Assembly (NCBI RefSeq): GCF_030144855.1
Contig: NC_082717.1
Location: 53,072,001 to 53,136,000 of the forward strand
Source of the DNA: Hypanus sabinus
Lineage: Eukaryota
Length of the DNA: 64,000 nt
Direction: 5' to 3'
Below the pieces are notes generated by a model that had not been told where the DNA came from, ran no database searches, and saw only the letters and a list, made by a program, of their open reading frames with translations. Position numbers and translations under genes: made by a program. Below are positions 52,226-63,884 of the stretch, piece by piece. Within the stretch, counting starts at the first letter, position 1. Each line of letters begins with the position of its first letter.

Positions 52226-53899
52226 AATATGATGGATATTTGTTGTCCAGCACCAGGGGCCTTTCTTTTTTGCTAAGCTTAGCTTTCTAAACATAGCAAC
52301 TGTGTGTTTATAAAGATCAGAGTTGTTATTAAGTTAAAATACCAACCAATATTCTTTTTTTAGGTTTATATTGTAAATGAGAGCTAGTCTTCAGTTCTTA
52401 TGTAAATGGCAAGCAATAATCAGTCTAAAGTTGAGAGGACAGTTTTGCAAACAAGCACTGTCTGTAGGAAACAGGGCGTGCCCATAACACCTGGGCTTAT
52501 TGCTCCAGAGATGAAGTATAAAACAATGGGGTTATGTTAATTGGCTAGGATCAAACCAGAGAATGCTGATCAAGTTACTCAGTTCAAGGAAGCTTGCAGA
52601 CTAGGTTGATCCTATTATTTAGTGCATCAAATACTTAATCTGTGTACTCACAGAGTCATTTTTATAGCAATAATCTGGATACCTGGGACCTCTGTCCCCA
52701 GAAGCGTTTAGACTACCTGAGTGAAAAGGTATATACATATGAAGTCAACAAGTGGCAGAAACAGTATAAATGTAGGGATTAGTCAGGTTTATTAGGAATG
52801 GTCCAGGAACATCAGAAGAATGACAGAAAGATGGGGTGAACCAGAATCTATTCCCCTGCCTTTGATTTCTGCGATGGACAATCTTGTGTGCAACTCATAG
52901 GAATATCCTTTCTGCTTACAGGAATTGTATCTGTGTTTTAGAAATCCTTTGTGCTTTAGAAATTGTTTGTAATTTGAAAATCATTTATAAGATAGGAATC
53001 CTATGTGAATTTCCAATGTGTTTTAGGAATGTTTAAATTTAAATGTATCACTGAAAATAAATAAACTGTTTTTACCAAAGGGGTAAATAGTAGGTACATA
53101 TTGGCAGCTAAACTTGTCATGGAGAATAAATGGAAATGAAGGTAGCTATAGCATAGGGGATACCTGTGGCTATTTATATATTTGGATAGGGATTTAAATC
53201 TTCGTTTGAGTTTAAAACTTCACGGTCAACAAACCCAATAAGCCAGCAAATGGCCTCAATCTGCCTTTATGTTTTATGGCTTTATAAAAGCAAGAAATAT
53301 CAGGCCACATCTGTAGGAAGAGAAACTCAGTTAACATTTGAAGACTTTTGTCAGGATTGGGAAGATTGGAAAAATAAATCTTACCTGTTTTTATACTTAC
53401 AACTGGCCTCAAATATTCTCTTAAAGGGTCAGTATATCATTTGCCATCCTGTTTGCTTGCTGCACATTTCCGATTCTTATTTTGTACTGTCAGTGAGATA
53501 GAATGAACAACCCTCCCTACGTGTAGTTATCTTGTGAGAAATCTGCAAGTGGTGGAGCAGGAAGAGAGGTGACGTTCTCACAAGGAAATGTCAGAGTTCT
53601 TGCCTTACAGTATGAAAGCATGTCTCTGTGGAACTAATATGATATACCACACGTATTCAGGTCGGAGAATTATCCCACAGGTCCTGCCAATAGTTACACA
53701 CCGGAATGACTGAAAAACAAAAACACAGTGTCCACAATATTCCATTAGTTAAGAGAGAGAAATTCCGTTAACGTTTCGGATAAATCATTTCTTACCTCGT
53801 TGTACAAGCTGCTGAGTTTTCCCTGAACGCTGTGTTTCTATTTCGCCTTTCCTCGTTTGAGGGAACTTGGTGCAAAAAGAAGTCGGCCCTTGACAAGCA

Positions 53900-54330
53900 T
53901 CTCATGGGCACAAACGCAGACCCTTCAGTACCAGAAGGTGGCCCGCGTCTGCGCAGACCCGGAAGCGATAATGTCCCGGCGTACCGGAAGTAGACGTGGC
54001 AGATGGAGCAACTGCCGAATGTAGTGAGGGCGGCCCGGAGTGTCGGGATGCGGGGCGGCTGGTCGCGGACTCGGCTGTGTCGTTAGTGCTGCTGGGTGAC
54101 TGCCGTGAGGATGTTGTGTGAGCGGCTGCGGTCTGGCTCAGGTTCGGGGTCCACTTCCGGACTCGGGCTGCTCCCCCTCTTGCTGTTGCTGCTGGCTGGT
54201 GCCGTGGTCAGGTTGACCCGCAGCAGGACCGTCCCTGTGTTGAGCGATGATGTCCCCTTCAGAATAACATGGCCCGGGCCCGAGTTCACGCTGGTCAGTA
54301 TGTTGCTATCACGGCGACCAGGGTCCCAGA
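53900..54330. promoter_or_regulatory. CpG-island promoter of ERLEC1
   Basis: CpG-dense. Palindrome GTCTGCGCAGAC at 53947-53958, two ETS/GABP sites CCGGAAG at 53959 and 53984, and GACGTGG at 53993-53999. Confidence 0.75.
54111..54293 (+). CDS. ERLEC1: ERLEC1 exon 1 coding part
   Basis: [33 protein letters not shown]...[18 protein letters not shown], with a Leu-rich signal peptide; donor CTG|gtcagt. Confidence 0.92.
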
Positions 54331-57300
54331 GAGCCTTTTAGTTAAGATTAAGTTCTGTTCAAAAGTCTTGCTCAGCATTTTAGCGGTAATGTATAGGCTT
54401 GACTGACTCCAACATCCAGCTGAGTAGAGAAGAGTCACACTTAGCCTTGTCCGAAGCTAGACTCCAATCAGTGGCGTCGTGTAGTGTTGTGGGTTGGAAG
54501 GTCATGTTGTTGCCAAGACCCCATTAAACTTCACTCCATCCAACCAGATTAGGCACTAATGCCACTGGGCACCTCTTAACTGGGAGAATGACAGTGGACA
54601 CTGAATGCAGTTTAATGTCTATTCAGTTGCTGCGGTCCTCCAAAGTGTTACAGTCTTTATTGTACAAACTCCCATGAACTCTGTCAGACAATGTAATGCA
54701 CTTGATCATAAGACAGTCTATTTATGATATTGTGGTATGTTGCTGTAAAATTAATATCCTAAGCTGGGATTCATTGTGTGTGTGTGTGTCTGTGTACCTG
54801 AAACTGAATAATTCCAAAACAATACTGAAAACCTGAGCTCAAAAGGGAACCGATATGCTTGCAGGAAAGTTTGTTAGAGCTGTTGGGGAGAGTTGAAAAT
54901 AGTTGGCAAGGGGATGAGAATCAGAGTGATTGCTGAGGATAGAATAGTCATTGTAAAGGTAGAGTGTGAGAAAAATTAAGCAGTGGAAAAGATGTAATTG
55001 CAGTCAGTTGGATTGGTTGAAATGTGTCTGTTTTAATGCAAGAAATATCAGAAACAAGAGCAACAGACTTAAAGCCTGGGTCAAGTATAGAGCTATTCGA
55101 GTGCGGGCCTGTCAGAGACATTGTCACAAAGACAAGGTTTAGATATTTCAAAAGGAACGGGGGTGTGGTTAAAAGAGTATGGGAGTGGCATTGCTAATGG
55201 GTGATAGCAGTACAGCTGCAGAGAGGTTTATGCCTCAGGGTTCTGAAGGAGGAAGCTGAAGAGAGTGGGGACTCATATTAGTAATGATCTTTCAAGAATC
55301 ACTAGATTCTGGAATGGTTCTGGGGGACTGGATAACTGAATGCCATTCCACTCTTTAAGAAGGGAGGAAAGCAGAAGAAAGGAAATTTTAAGCCAGTTAG
55401 TTTGCCCTTAGTGGTTGGGAAGATGTTGGATTCCATTATTAACTTAGAGGCACGTGATAAAATAGGCCCAACTCAGCGTGGTTTCCTTAAGAGGAAATCT
55501 TGTCTCACTAATCTATTGGAATCCTTTGAGGAAGCAACAAGCAGGGTAGGCAAAGGAGGGTCAGTGGATATTTTAAACATGGATTTTCAGAAGGCCTCTG
55601 ATAAGGTGCTATACAAGAGGCTGCTTAACTGGATGAGAGTCCATGGTATTACAGTAATAATAACTGCATAGAGAAGGTTGGCTGACAGGCAGGAAGCAAA
55701 GAGTGGAAATAAAGGGAGCCTTTTCTTATTGCTTGCCAGTGACTATTGGTGTTCTGCAAGGTTTAGTATTGGGACCACTCCTTTTCACATTATACATCAA
55801 TGATTTAGATGACAGAATTATGGATGCAAAGATAAGTGGAGAGGCAGGTATGGTTGAGGAAGCAGAAAGTCTACAGAAGGGAGACAGGTTGTAAGAATGG
55901 GCAAGGAAGTGGCAGGTACAGTGTAGGGAAGTGTATGGTCATGCATTTTAGTTGAAGGAATAAAGACGTAGACAGGCGGACACAAATTCAGAAATCAGCT
56001 GCAAAGGGACTTGCAAAAGATTACTATGGGAAGTGAGGGAAGAGATTGCTGCGTCTTTGGCATTGATCTTCTGTCCTCTCTGGCCACAGTAGTAGTTCCA
56101 GAGGGTTGGCAGGTGGTAAATGTTATTCCCTTGTATAAAAGGGTTAATAGGGATAACCCTGGGAATTATTGATCAATGAGTATTATGTCAGTGGTAGGCA
56201 AACCATTGGAAAGGATTCTTAGAGACAAGACTTATGAGCACTTGGAGAAGCGTAGTCTGATTGGGGATAGTCAACGTGGCTTTGTGGGGTCAGGTTGTGC
56301 CTCATAAGCCTGGTGGAATTATTTGAGAAACTGACAAAACATATTGATGAAAGCAGAGCAATGGATGTGATGTGTATGAATTTCAGTAAGGCATTTGACA
56401 AGGTTCAGTATGGTAGGCTTATTCAGAAAGTCAGGATCCAGGGAAACTTTGCTGTGTGGATTCAGAGTTAGTTTGCCCACAGAAGGATGAGGTTGCTGGT
56501 AGATAAGAGTATACTCTGCCTGGAATTCTAGACCAGGGATTTGTTCTGGGACCCTCTGCTCTTTGTGATTTTTATAAATGAGAAAGTGTAAGTGTTGGTT
56601 AGTAAATTTACAGATGTCACGAAGGTTGATAGTTTTGTGGATAGTGCAGAAGGTTACAATGGGACATTGTTAGGATGCAGAGCTGGACTGAGTAGTAGCA
56701 GATGGAGTTCAACATGGAAAAGTATGAAGTGAGTCATTTTGTATTCTAGCTTCAAATTTGACTTTCCAGTGTTAATGGTAGGATTCTTAGTGTGAGGAAT
56801 AGAGGATTCTTGGGGTCCATGTCCATAATCCAAATTTGCCATGAAAGTTAATAGATGTATGGTGTGATGGTCTTCCTTAGTGGGAGGAATGAGTTCAAGA
56901 AGCGAGAGGTAATGTTGCAGCTCAATAAAACTTGTTACACCACACTTGGGAGTATTGTGTTCAGCTCTGGTTGTCTCATTATAAGAATAATGTGGAGCCT
57001 TTAGAGGGTGCAGAGTTGGTTTAACAGAAGGTTGCTTGGATTAGAAAGTGTGTGTTATGAGGATATGTGAGCTAAGGCATATCTTTGGAGCGAAGGAGAA
57101 TGACATCTGACTTGATAAAGGTGTACAAGATGCTAAGAGGCATAGATTGAGCTGACAGACAGACAGACTTTTTTGCAGAATGGAAATGGCTAAAAGAAGG
57201 TAGCACATCTTTAAGATGTTGGGGGATGTCAGAGGTAGGTTTTTTCTGCAGTGGTGGGTGCATGGACCTGTGCCGGGGTGGTGGTAGAGGCAGATGGATT

Positions 57301-60300
57301 ATGGACATTTGAGAGACTTCGATAGGCAAATGGATTAAAGGAAATTAAATGATTAAAGGATTAAAGCTATGTGGGAGGGAAGGGTTAGATTGATCTTGGC
57401 ATAAGTTAAAGGATTGGCACAACATCATGAGCCAAAGACCTGTGCTGTTCTCTGTAAAACCGTTGTATGGTAAGTTTTATTCTGCCAGCCATGTATACCC
57501 TATCTCAGTGGCAGAACTGCTTACATTATATAGCACTGTTGCTCTGTTTGGTGGGGAGGGAATAATTGTACTCGTAACACTCTGACCTTTCATATTTTGA
57601 TTTCAGCCAACAACAGGCGGTCTGTATAAACCGGATGACTTTATAATCGTCACTACAGTTCACAATGAAAGGTACAAATGTATGTTACCTTCCATTGGTA
57701 ATGGAGATCAGGTAAGCCTTGAATGTTTGTGTTTTTTTGCAATTGCTGTTTATTGCAGCTGTGATATATTACATGAAAACTGAAATGCATTCGGTTCAAA
57801 CTATAATGACTAAAAATAAGTTTCAAGTGTGTTTATTTTGTTTGTATATGAAGACCACTGATTTCTAATTGAAATATGCAGTGTGAACACACCAATGTCT
57901 GAACACATCGTCTTGAGACTTTTAGACTGGCGCTTCAATGGGCAAGGTTTCAAAAAATATGAAATTTATGCATGCAAATGGAATTGGTGTTGATGGGCTA
58001 AAGGGTCAGGCTAGATGTGCTGGGTCAGAGTCCTCCTCACTTCCTGTAAAGTGACCATAACTGTAAGATGTTAGCAAATGGTTCTTTGGCCATGAAAGAT
58101 GAAGTAATTCATTGTTTTTTTTACATAAGTTTGTATTTTAACCATAATTAACAGTCATTTGTAATTTTACTACTCCTGAAACTACGTTTTTAATGTCTGT
58201 AAATCTACAAGCAAATCACTTGCTGTTGTCTGACTACATATAATGTTAACATTGATATTTGTGTAGTTCCATGAAACTGTCAAATCCAAAGGCTAGTACA
58301 AAGAATGTCTGCGTACTGCATTTCACCCAGTGATAGGATTGATCTCCAGTTAGTGATAAGCAACATGTGCTCAGCAAGGGTAGCCATGGGAATTCCAGAA
58401 ATGGCTCTTCTCAACTATGAACCAATTGATTTTGTGTCTTCCTTGTTTCATCTATATGTTGTCCTGGCTTCCACATTTGCCATTACACTATTTATGCTGT
58501 CATACGGTAATGTGGCTTCACAATCATATTGGTAAAATAACCCAATAAAATGAATGCTTTACTTTGTAGATAATTTTGTTTCTTTGCATTTAGGATGAAG
58601 ATAATGATTACAAAGGTCATGGGCCTGGTGAACTACTGGAACCACTCCTTAAGCAGAGTAGTTGCTCTTACAGGGTAAAACTGCTTGAAATTAATTCATA
58701 GAATATATTTGGAACTGCAGAAAATTGCTTTCCTGGTATACGCACTGTTGTCATTTGGCCATGCTTTCCCAGTATATTTTTTTCTTTTCCATCAAGTTGA
58801 AAGTTATTGTGACTTTTTTAAAAACCTAGAAGTTGTACTATTATTAAGAACCTGCAGATATTTCCCACATTGGTCAATCATCTGTACTCTGTTGGCATTT
58901 TGTATTTCATCTGTGCATCTTTATATCACCAGTCTTCCTTCTAGATGCTTGATTTTTCTACCCATGACAGAGACCAGAAACAAAAGTATTAAAGTGCTGA
59001 TATTAATTCAGTTACATTTTGTAGTTCATCTGAAGTACAGAGTTGCTTGTTTTGTGATGGATTATAATGAAACATTCAAAGATTGACAAAAATCACTTGG
59101 CTAATTGGCTGCCCTTTCTTGGTGATTGGCATGGACTCAGTGGGGCAAAGGATCTGATTTTACTTGCTCGCATTATTCTGATTATTTTTTAGATTGACTT
59201 GCAGAAATTTTGTTGTCAACTTAGAGCTGTCAGAGAAAGCTACGGATCAGAAAAAAATGCTGGGCAGTTAGAAAAAATTTTCATTTAACACATACAGCAT
59301 TTCTTTGCTACCAATAAGTGAAGGATATTTACCTAGTAACTAATGTATAGCCTGCTGGAAAAAATTGTGATGTAACAACTAGTTAATTATTTACTGTTAA
59401 GGAGAACAATTTATTTTTATAACATATTTCAACGAAACATTTATCTACTGCTTTCAAAAATCAGGAAAATTACTGAGTGCAGATTAATTGCTTGTGTATG
59501 CTGGGTAACTTTTGTTCTCTCTTGCTTTTTTGAAGTTCAGAATAAAATGAAGTGTACATAATTGTTACTCTTAAATGATCACAATTCTGTTATATTTTTT
59601 GTTTTATACTAATTATTTGCACATACATTTTTAATTTTTAGTTAATATATTTGACCCATTTGTGTTTCTGCAAATGTTCCTAGTTAAACATTTCTGAAGT
59701 AGAGTTTTTTTACCTGCTGCAGATTGAGTCTTACTGGACTTATGAAGTGTGTCACGGAAAACACATTCGTCAATATCACGAGGAAAAGGAAACTGGACAG
59801 GTACAGTGATTAATTGTTTCATTCAGTGGTTTTGCCAACTATTAAATGCTTCAAATGCTAACTTTGTTGTATCTTCTCATTTAGCAGAAAGTTAATATCC
59901 AAGAATATTATCTTGGTATCATGACTATGCCGACTGATTCCGAGACCAAAGGTAATAATATCTGCTGCAATTTTCACTTGTGCATCCTGGTATGTTCTTG
60001 TTGTAGAATGGTATTGGAAAATCTGTGGAAAATTACCTTACTGATGAGAATTGGATCAAAGTCAGCATGAAGGAGAAATAAGTAAATATAACTGTTTCAG
60101 GTAATAAGTGCAACCAAGAATGCTATAATTTGTTTGCTTCTGTTCTGTCCCCAGTTTATATTTAGATACATGTTCATATTCTGATGCTGCAAATTCCTGC
60201 AGCATCTGATGACCCAGTGATCTTTGTCTTGGAGACCAATGTCAGAACATCTTACTGGAGGGTAAACTCTCGCAAGGCATCAGGTCCTGATGGTGTACCT

Positions 60301-63260
60301 GGTAGGGCTCTGAAAACCTGTGCCAGCCAACTGGCAGGAGTATTGAAGGGCATTTTCAATCTCTCACTACAGCAGTTGGAGGTTCCCATCTGCTTCAAAA
60401 GGGTGACGATCATACCAGTGCCCAAGAAGAGTGGGGTGAGCTACCTCAACAACTATCGTCCAGTAGCTGTCAAATCTACTATGACAAAGTGCTTTGAGAG
60501 GTTGGTCGTGGCTAGAAACAACTCCTGCAATTTGCCTATTGCCATGATAGGTCTACAGTGGATGCAATTTCACTGGCTCTCTACTCAGCCTCGGACCACT
60601 TGGACAATAGTAATACCTACATCAGGCTGCTGCTTATTGACTATAGCTCAGAGTTCAACTCAATCATACCCTCATTTCTAATCAACATGCTCCAAAAATT
60701 TGGCCTCTACCTCCCTCTGCAGCTGGATTCTTGACTTTCTCGTTGGCAGACCACAATTTGTTCAGGTGGGAAATAACATCTCCTCACTGACAATCAACAC
60801 CGGCATTCAAGGATGAATGCTTAGCCCATTGCTGTACTCTCTCTACACCCACAATTGTGCGGCTAGGCACAGTTGAGACACCATCTATAAATTGGTCAGA
60901 TATACAGTAACTGCTCGTGGGAGAATTTCAGATGATGAGGAGGCTTAAAGGAGTGAAATAGATCAGCTGGTTGAGTGCTATCACAGCAACAACCTTGCAC
61001 ATCAGTAAGGAATTGATTGTGGACCTCATAAAGGGGAAATTGAGGGATCAGAAGTAGAAAGAGTCAGGAGTTTGAAGTTCCTGAGCATCAACATCTCTAA
61101 GAGTCTATCCTGGGCCCAACTTGTTGCTGCAATCTCAAACAAGGTATGAAAGCGGCTTTATTTCATTAGGAGTCTGAGGAGAATTGATATGTCACTAAAG
61201 ACACTCACAATTGAAGAGCGTTCTAAATGGCTGCATCACCATCTGGTATGGAGGGGTCTCTGCACAGGATCACAAAAAGCTTCAGGAAGTTGTAAATTCA
61301 GCCAGCTCAATCATAGGCAAGAGCCTCCCCAGCATCGAAGAGACTGATGGACAGTACCTCAAAAAAACGGCATCCATCACTCAGGCCGTTTTTCTCCTTG
61401 CTTCCAGTGAGGAGGTGGTACACGATCCTGGAGAAAGACTCAACATTTCAGGAGTCTCCGCCATCAGATTTCTGAATGGGCAATGATCCCATGAACACAT
61501 ATTTAATTTAACCTCTATCTATATATATAATTCTTTTATTCATTTTCTCTATGGGGCATGTGTATGTGTATTTTTCCCTCCATCTCTGGTCCTCTACCAG
61601 AGGCCTGGGAGCTTGAGGGTTCAGAGCAGTATCCTTGCTGTTCCCAGCAGTGTACTCTGCTGGATTGCGATCTCAGATGTTCCTGGGATTTGTTGGAGCC
61701 TCTCTACCAGTCCAGATGTCGCAGCTCCAAGTGCTCCTGTCACTACCAGAATTACTCTGGCTTTAACTTTCCACATCCTTTTTCAAGCCCTGATATTTCT
61801 CCAGCTTTTCATATTCTTTCTTCCTGGTCTTCCTAGCCTTCAGGATTGCCACATCTATTACTATTCGTTTGTTCTGTTCCTTGTTGAGTATTGCTATGTC
61901 TGGTTGGTTGGCAAGTACCTGCTTAACAGTCTGTATTTGGAAGCCCTACAGGATCTTGGTTCTGTCATTCTCCACTACCTTTTCGGGTAAAAGAACAATT
62001 TCTGTGGTCTTGCAGAATATCTGGTGGTGGCTTTATGTGCTGCATGAAAAACGATGCCTTGATCACCAGCGCCATCTTAGTCTACTATGTTTGTTTCCAA
62101 AATCTTGTGAATTATATCAGCATGTATATATTGAAAAAAAAAGTTTATAAGTTTAAAAGCTGGAGAAAATTATGGAATGTCCCAGAGAACTGTGCTCAAA
62201 ATACAGTCGACCCTCCTTATCCGTGAATTCCCCATGTGCGGATTCAAACAACTGCGAATCGCGAAAACCTGTTAGTGCTTTTCCAGCACTTGTTGTNNNN
62301 NNNNNNNNNNNNNNNNNNNNNNNNNNNNNNNNNNNNNNNNNNNNNNNNNNNNNNNNNNNNNNNNNNNNNNNNNNNNNNNNNNNNNNNNNNNNNNNNNNNN
62401 NNNNNNNNNNNNNNNNNNNNNNNNNNNNNNNNNNNNNNNNNNNNNNNNCGGGATCAAAAAAATATCGTAAGTTCTCTTACTAAGTAAGTCGGAACAGGTA
62501 CATCTGGTATTATTTAGTGTCAGTTAGTCAAATGTTTGTCTTAGTATATAGTATATAATTTACCTTTCTATGCATATAAAACAGTTAAGAACGTATGTTT
62601 CAGCTTTGGGCTCCAGTTCGATTGAGTGACAGACCACTCCCACATGCTCTCCACCGGCCTGGTTGATGTGGAGGATCAAAAACCCAAAACCCAATAATTA
62701 AAGCACTGCGTTGCTTAGTAATATTTGTAGCTTTCATCGGGGCAGAGCCTTTCTCACTTTATCCTTTAAAATTGGTCCGATTATTGATCTACATAACCTA
62801 ACACTTTTCCAATGACCGACAGTGTTACACCTCTTTCCGATCACTTTATTATTTCCACTTTATTTTCAATCGTGATCGTGATTATTTTCGTGAACAGAAA
62901 CACTGCGGATTCAGAGTTCTGACACCGGGTCCTAATGTCCAGGGCACTGAGACAGGTTAAATAAGGTCTGGGGTTCCGCTGGGTCCTAAGGTTCACTGCA
63001 TTGAGACAGGTTGAATAAGGGACTTGAGCATCCGCGAGGGGTCCCGGAACCAATCCCTCGCGGATGAGGAGGGCCAACTGTAACAGTAAATGTCATGTTG
63101 GATTTTTCTCTGTCTGGGTACTTAACTCTCCTGGTCTGATCTGATTAAAATTGTTATTGAATAATTGATGAATCCTCACCTGTTTTGGTTTTTCTTTTTT
63201 CATCTAGATCCCATCACAGTGCAGCCAGATGAATCCGAAACAGAAACTGGGAAACTGAAA
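54111..63260 (+). CDS. ERLEC1: Endoplasmic reticulum lectin 1 (XTP3-B), partial gene (first six coding exons; continues right of the window)
   Basis: Exons 54111-54293, 57607-57711, 58594-58674, 59723-59800, 59888-59951 and 63208-63260. They encode a signal peptide, [18 protein letters not shown], and the first MRH/PRKCSH domain [40 protein letters not shown]. Confidence 0.96.
54776..54796. repeat. (TG)n microsatellite
   Basis: Direct read. Confidence 0.85.
54830..57455 (+). mobile_element. Two tandem CR1 LINE fragments in ERLEC1 intron 1
   Basis: ORF1 end, endonuclease start and RT (54830-56010; ORFs 55402, 55703), then a second RT-to-3'UTR copy (56030-57455). Confidence 0.85.
57607..57711 (+). 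CDS. ERLEC1: ERLEC1 exon 2
   Basis: tttcag|[35 protein letters not shown]|gtaagc. Confidence 0.95.
58594..58674 (+). CDS. ERLEC1: ERLEC1 exon 3
   Basis: catttag|[27 protein letters not shown]|gtaaaa. Confidence 0.95.
59723..59800 (+). CDS. ERLEC1: ERLEC1 exon 4
   Basis: ctgcag|[26 protein letters not shown]|gtacag. Confidence 0.96.
59888..59951 (+). CDS. ERLEC1: ERLEC1 exon 5
   Basis: ttagcag|[22 protein letters not shown]|gtaata, after an 87-nt intron. Confidence 0.93.
60185..61500 (+). mobile_element. Rex1/Babar-like LINE RT fragment
   Basis: [46 protein letters not shown]. Confidence 0.9.
61557..62080 (-). mobile_element. R4/Dong-like (RLE-type) non-LTR retrotransposon 3' end
   Basis: Minus strand reads [63 protein letters not shown]. 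Confidence 0.7.
62204..63080 (-). mobile_element. Internally deleted Tigger/pogo DNA transposon spanning the N gap
   Basis: TA TSD; TIRs CAGTCGACCCTCCTTATCCG / CGGATGAGGAGGGCCAACTG. Minus-strand HTH_psq-like remnant [16 protein letters not shown]...[16 protein letters not shown]. Confidence 0.85.
62297..62448. other. Assembly gap (152 N)
   Basis: Run of N. Confidence 0.99.
63208..63260 (+). CDS. ERLEC1: ERLEC1 exon 6 (acidic linker)
   Basis: Strong polypyrimidine tract and catctag acceptor; (D)[17 protein letters not shown]|gtaaat. It starts in phase 1, matching exon 5, but the sequence is poorly conserved. Confidence 0.75.
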
Positions 63261-63884
63261 GTAAATAAAATATCGCCTCTTTGTAGTTTGTTTTTCCCAT
63301 CCCATTGGTAATTTTTTTTAAGTACAAGGTTGCAAATGCAAGTGTTGTTCAAGTATAAGGTCCTAATGATCAAAATAATGTGTTATACAAGTCTTTTCAA
63401 ATCGTTAGGATGCTTAAAAGATATTAGAATACGTATCTTTGGTGTTATTAAGAATATACACAATCTCCTGCATGTCTCCTTACCTATTTCCAATATCTCT
63501 GTTATAATTATCCTGTGTTTAGATCTTAGCTGGAGTATAAACGTTTGATGTTAGGTGCTTTTGAGTCATTCATGAAGCCTTTGGTTGCTAATTTGGACAC
63601 AATGTATTACCTGCTTATATGAGAAATCCTAGTTTTAAAATGTCATTAGTTTATCCCAATATTTGTTATAGTATACAAAATTATGACATGCATAGACAGG
63701 GTAGGTAGTTGGTCCTTTTTCTGGGGTGAAAAGTTCAAATACTACAGGGCAGAAGTTTTAGAACATAGACCATTATGATTCTCTTGGTCTGCTAACTCAC
63801 ACAGGCAGTATTTCAGATATAACAGTCAAGGATATGATGAGGTTAAGCAACGTGATTACGGATAAGCCAATGAATATTTTTGTT

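Noticed and set aside
60184-60681. 165-aa ORF as a possible domesticated RT gene
   Set aside because: It is a frameshifted, deleted piece of a Rex1/Babar-like LINE, with related decayed copies elsewhere in the window.
62172-62487. ORFs containing runs of X
   Set aside because: Artefacts of the N gap.
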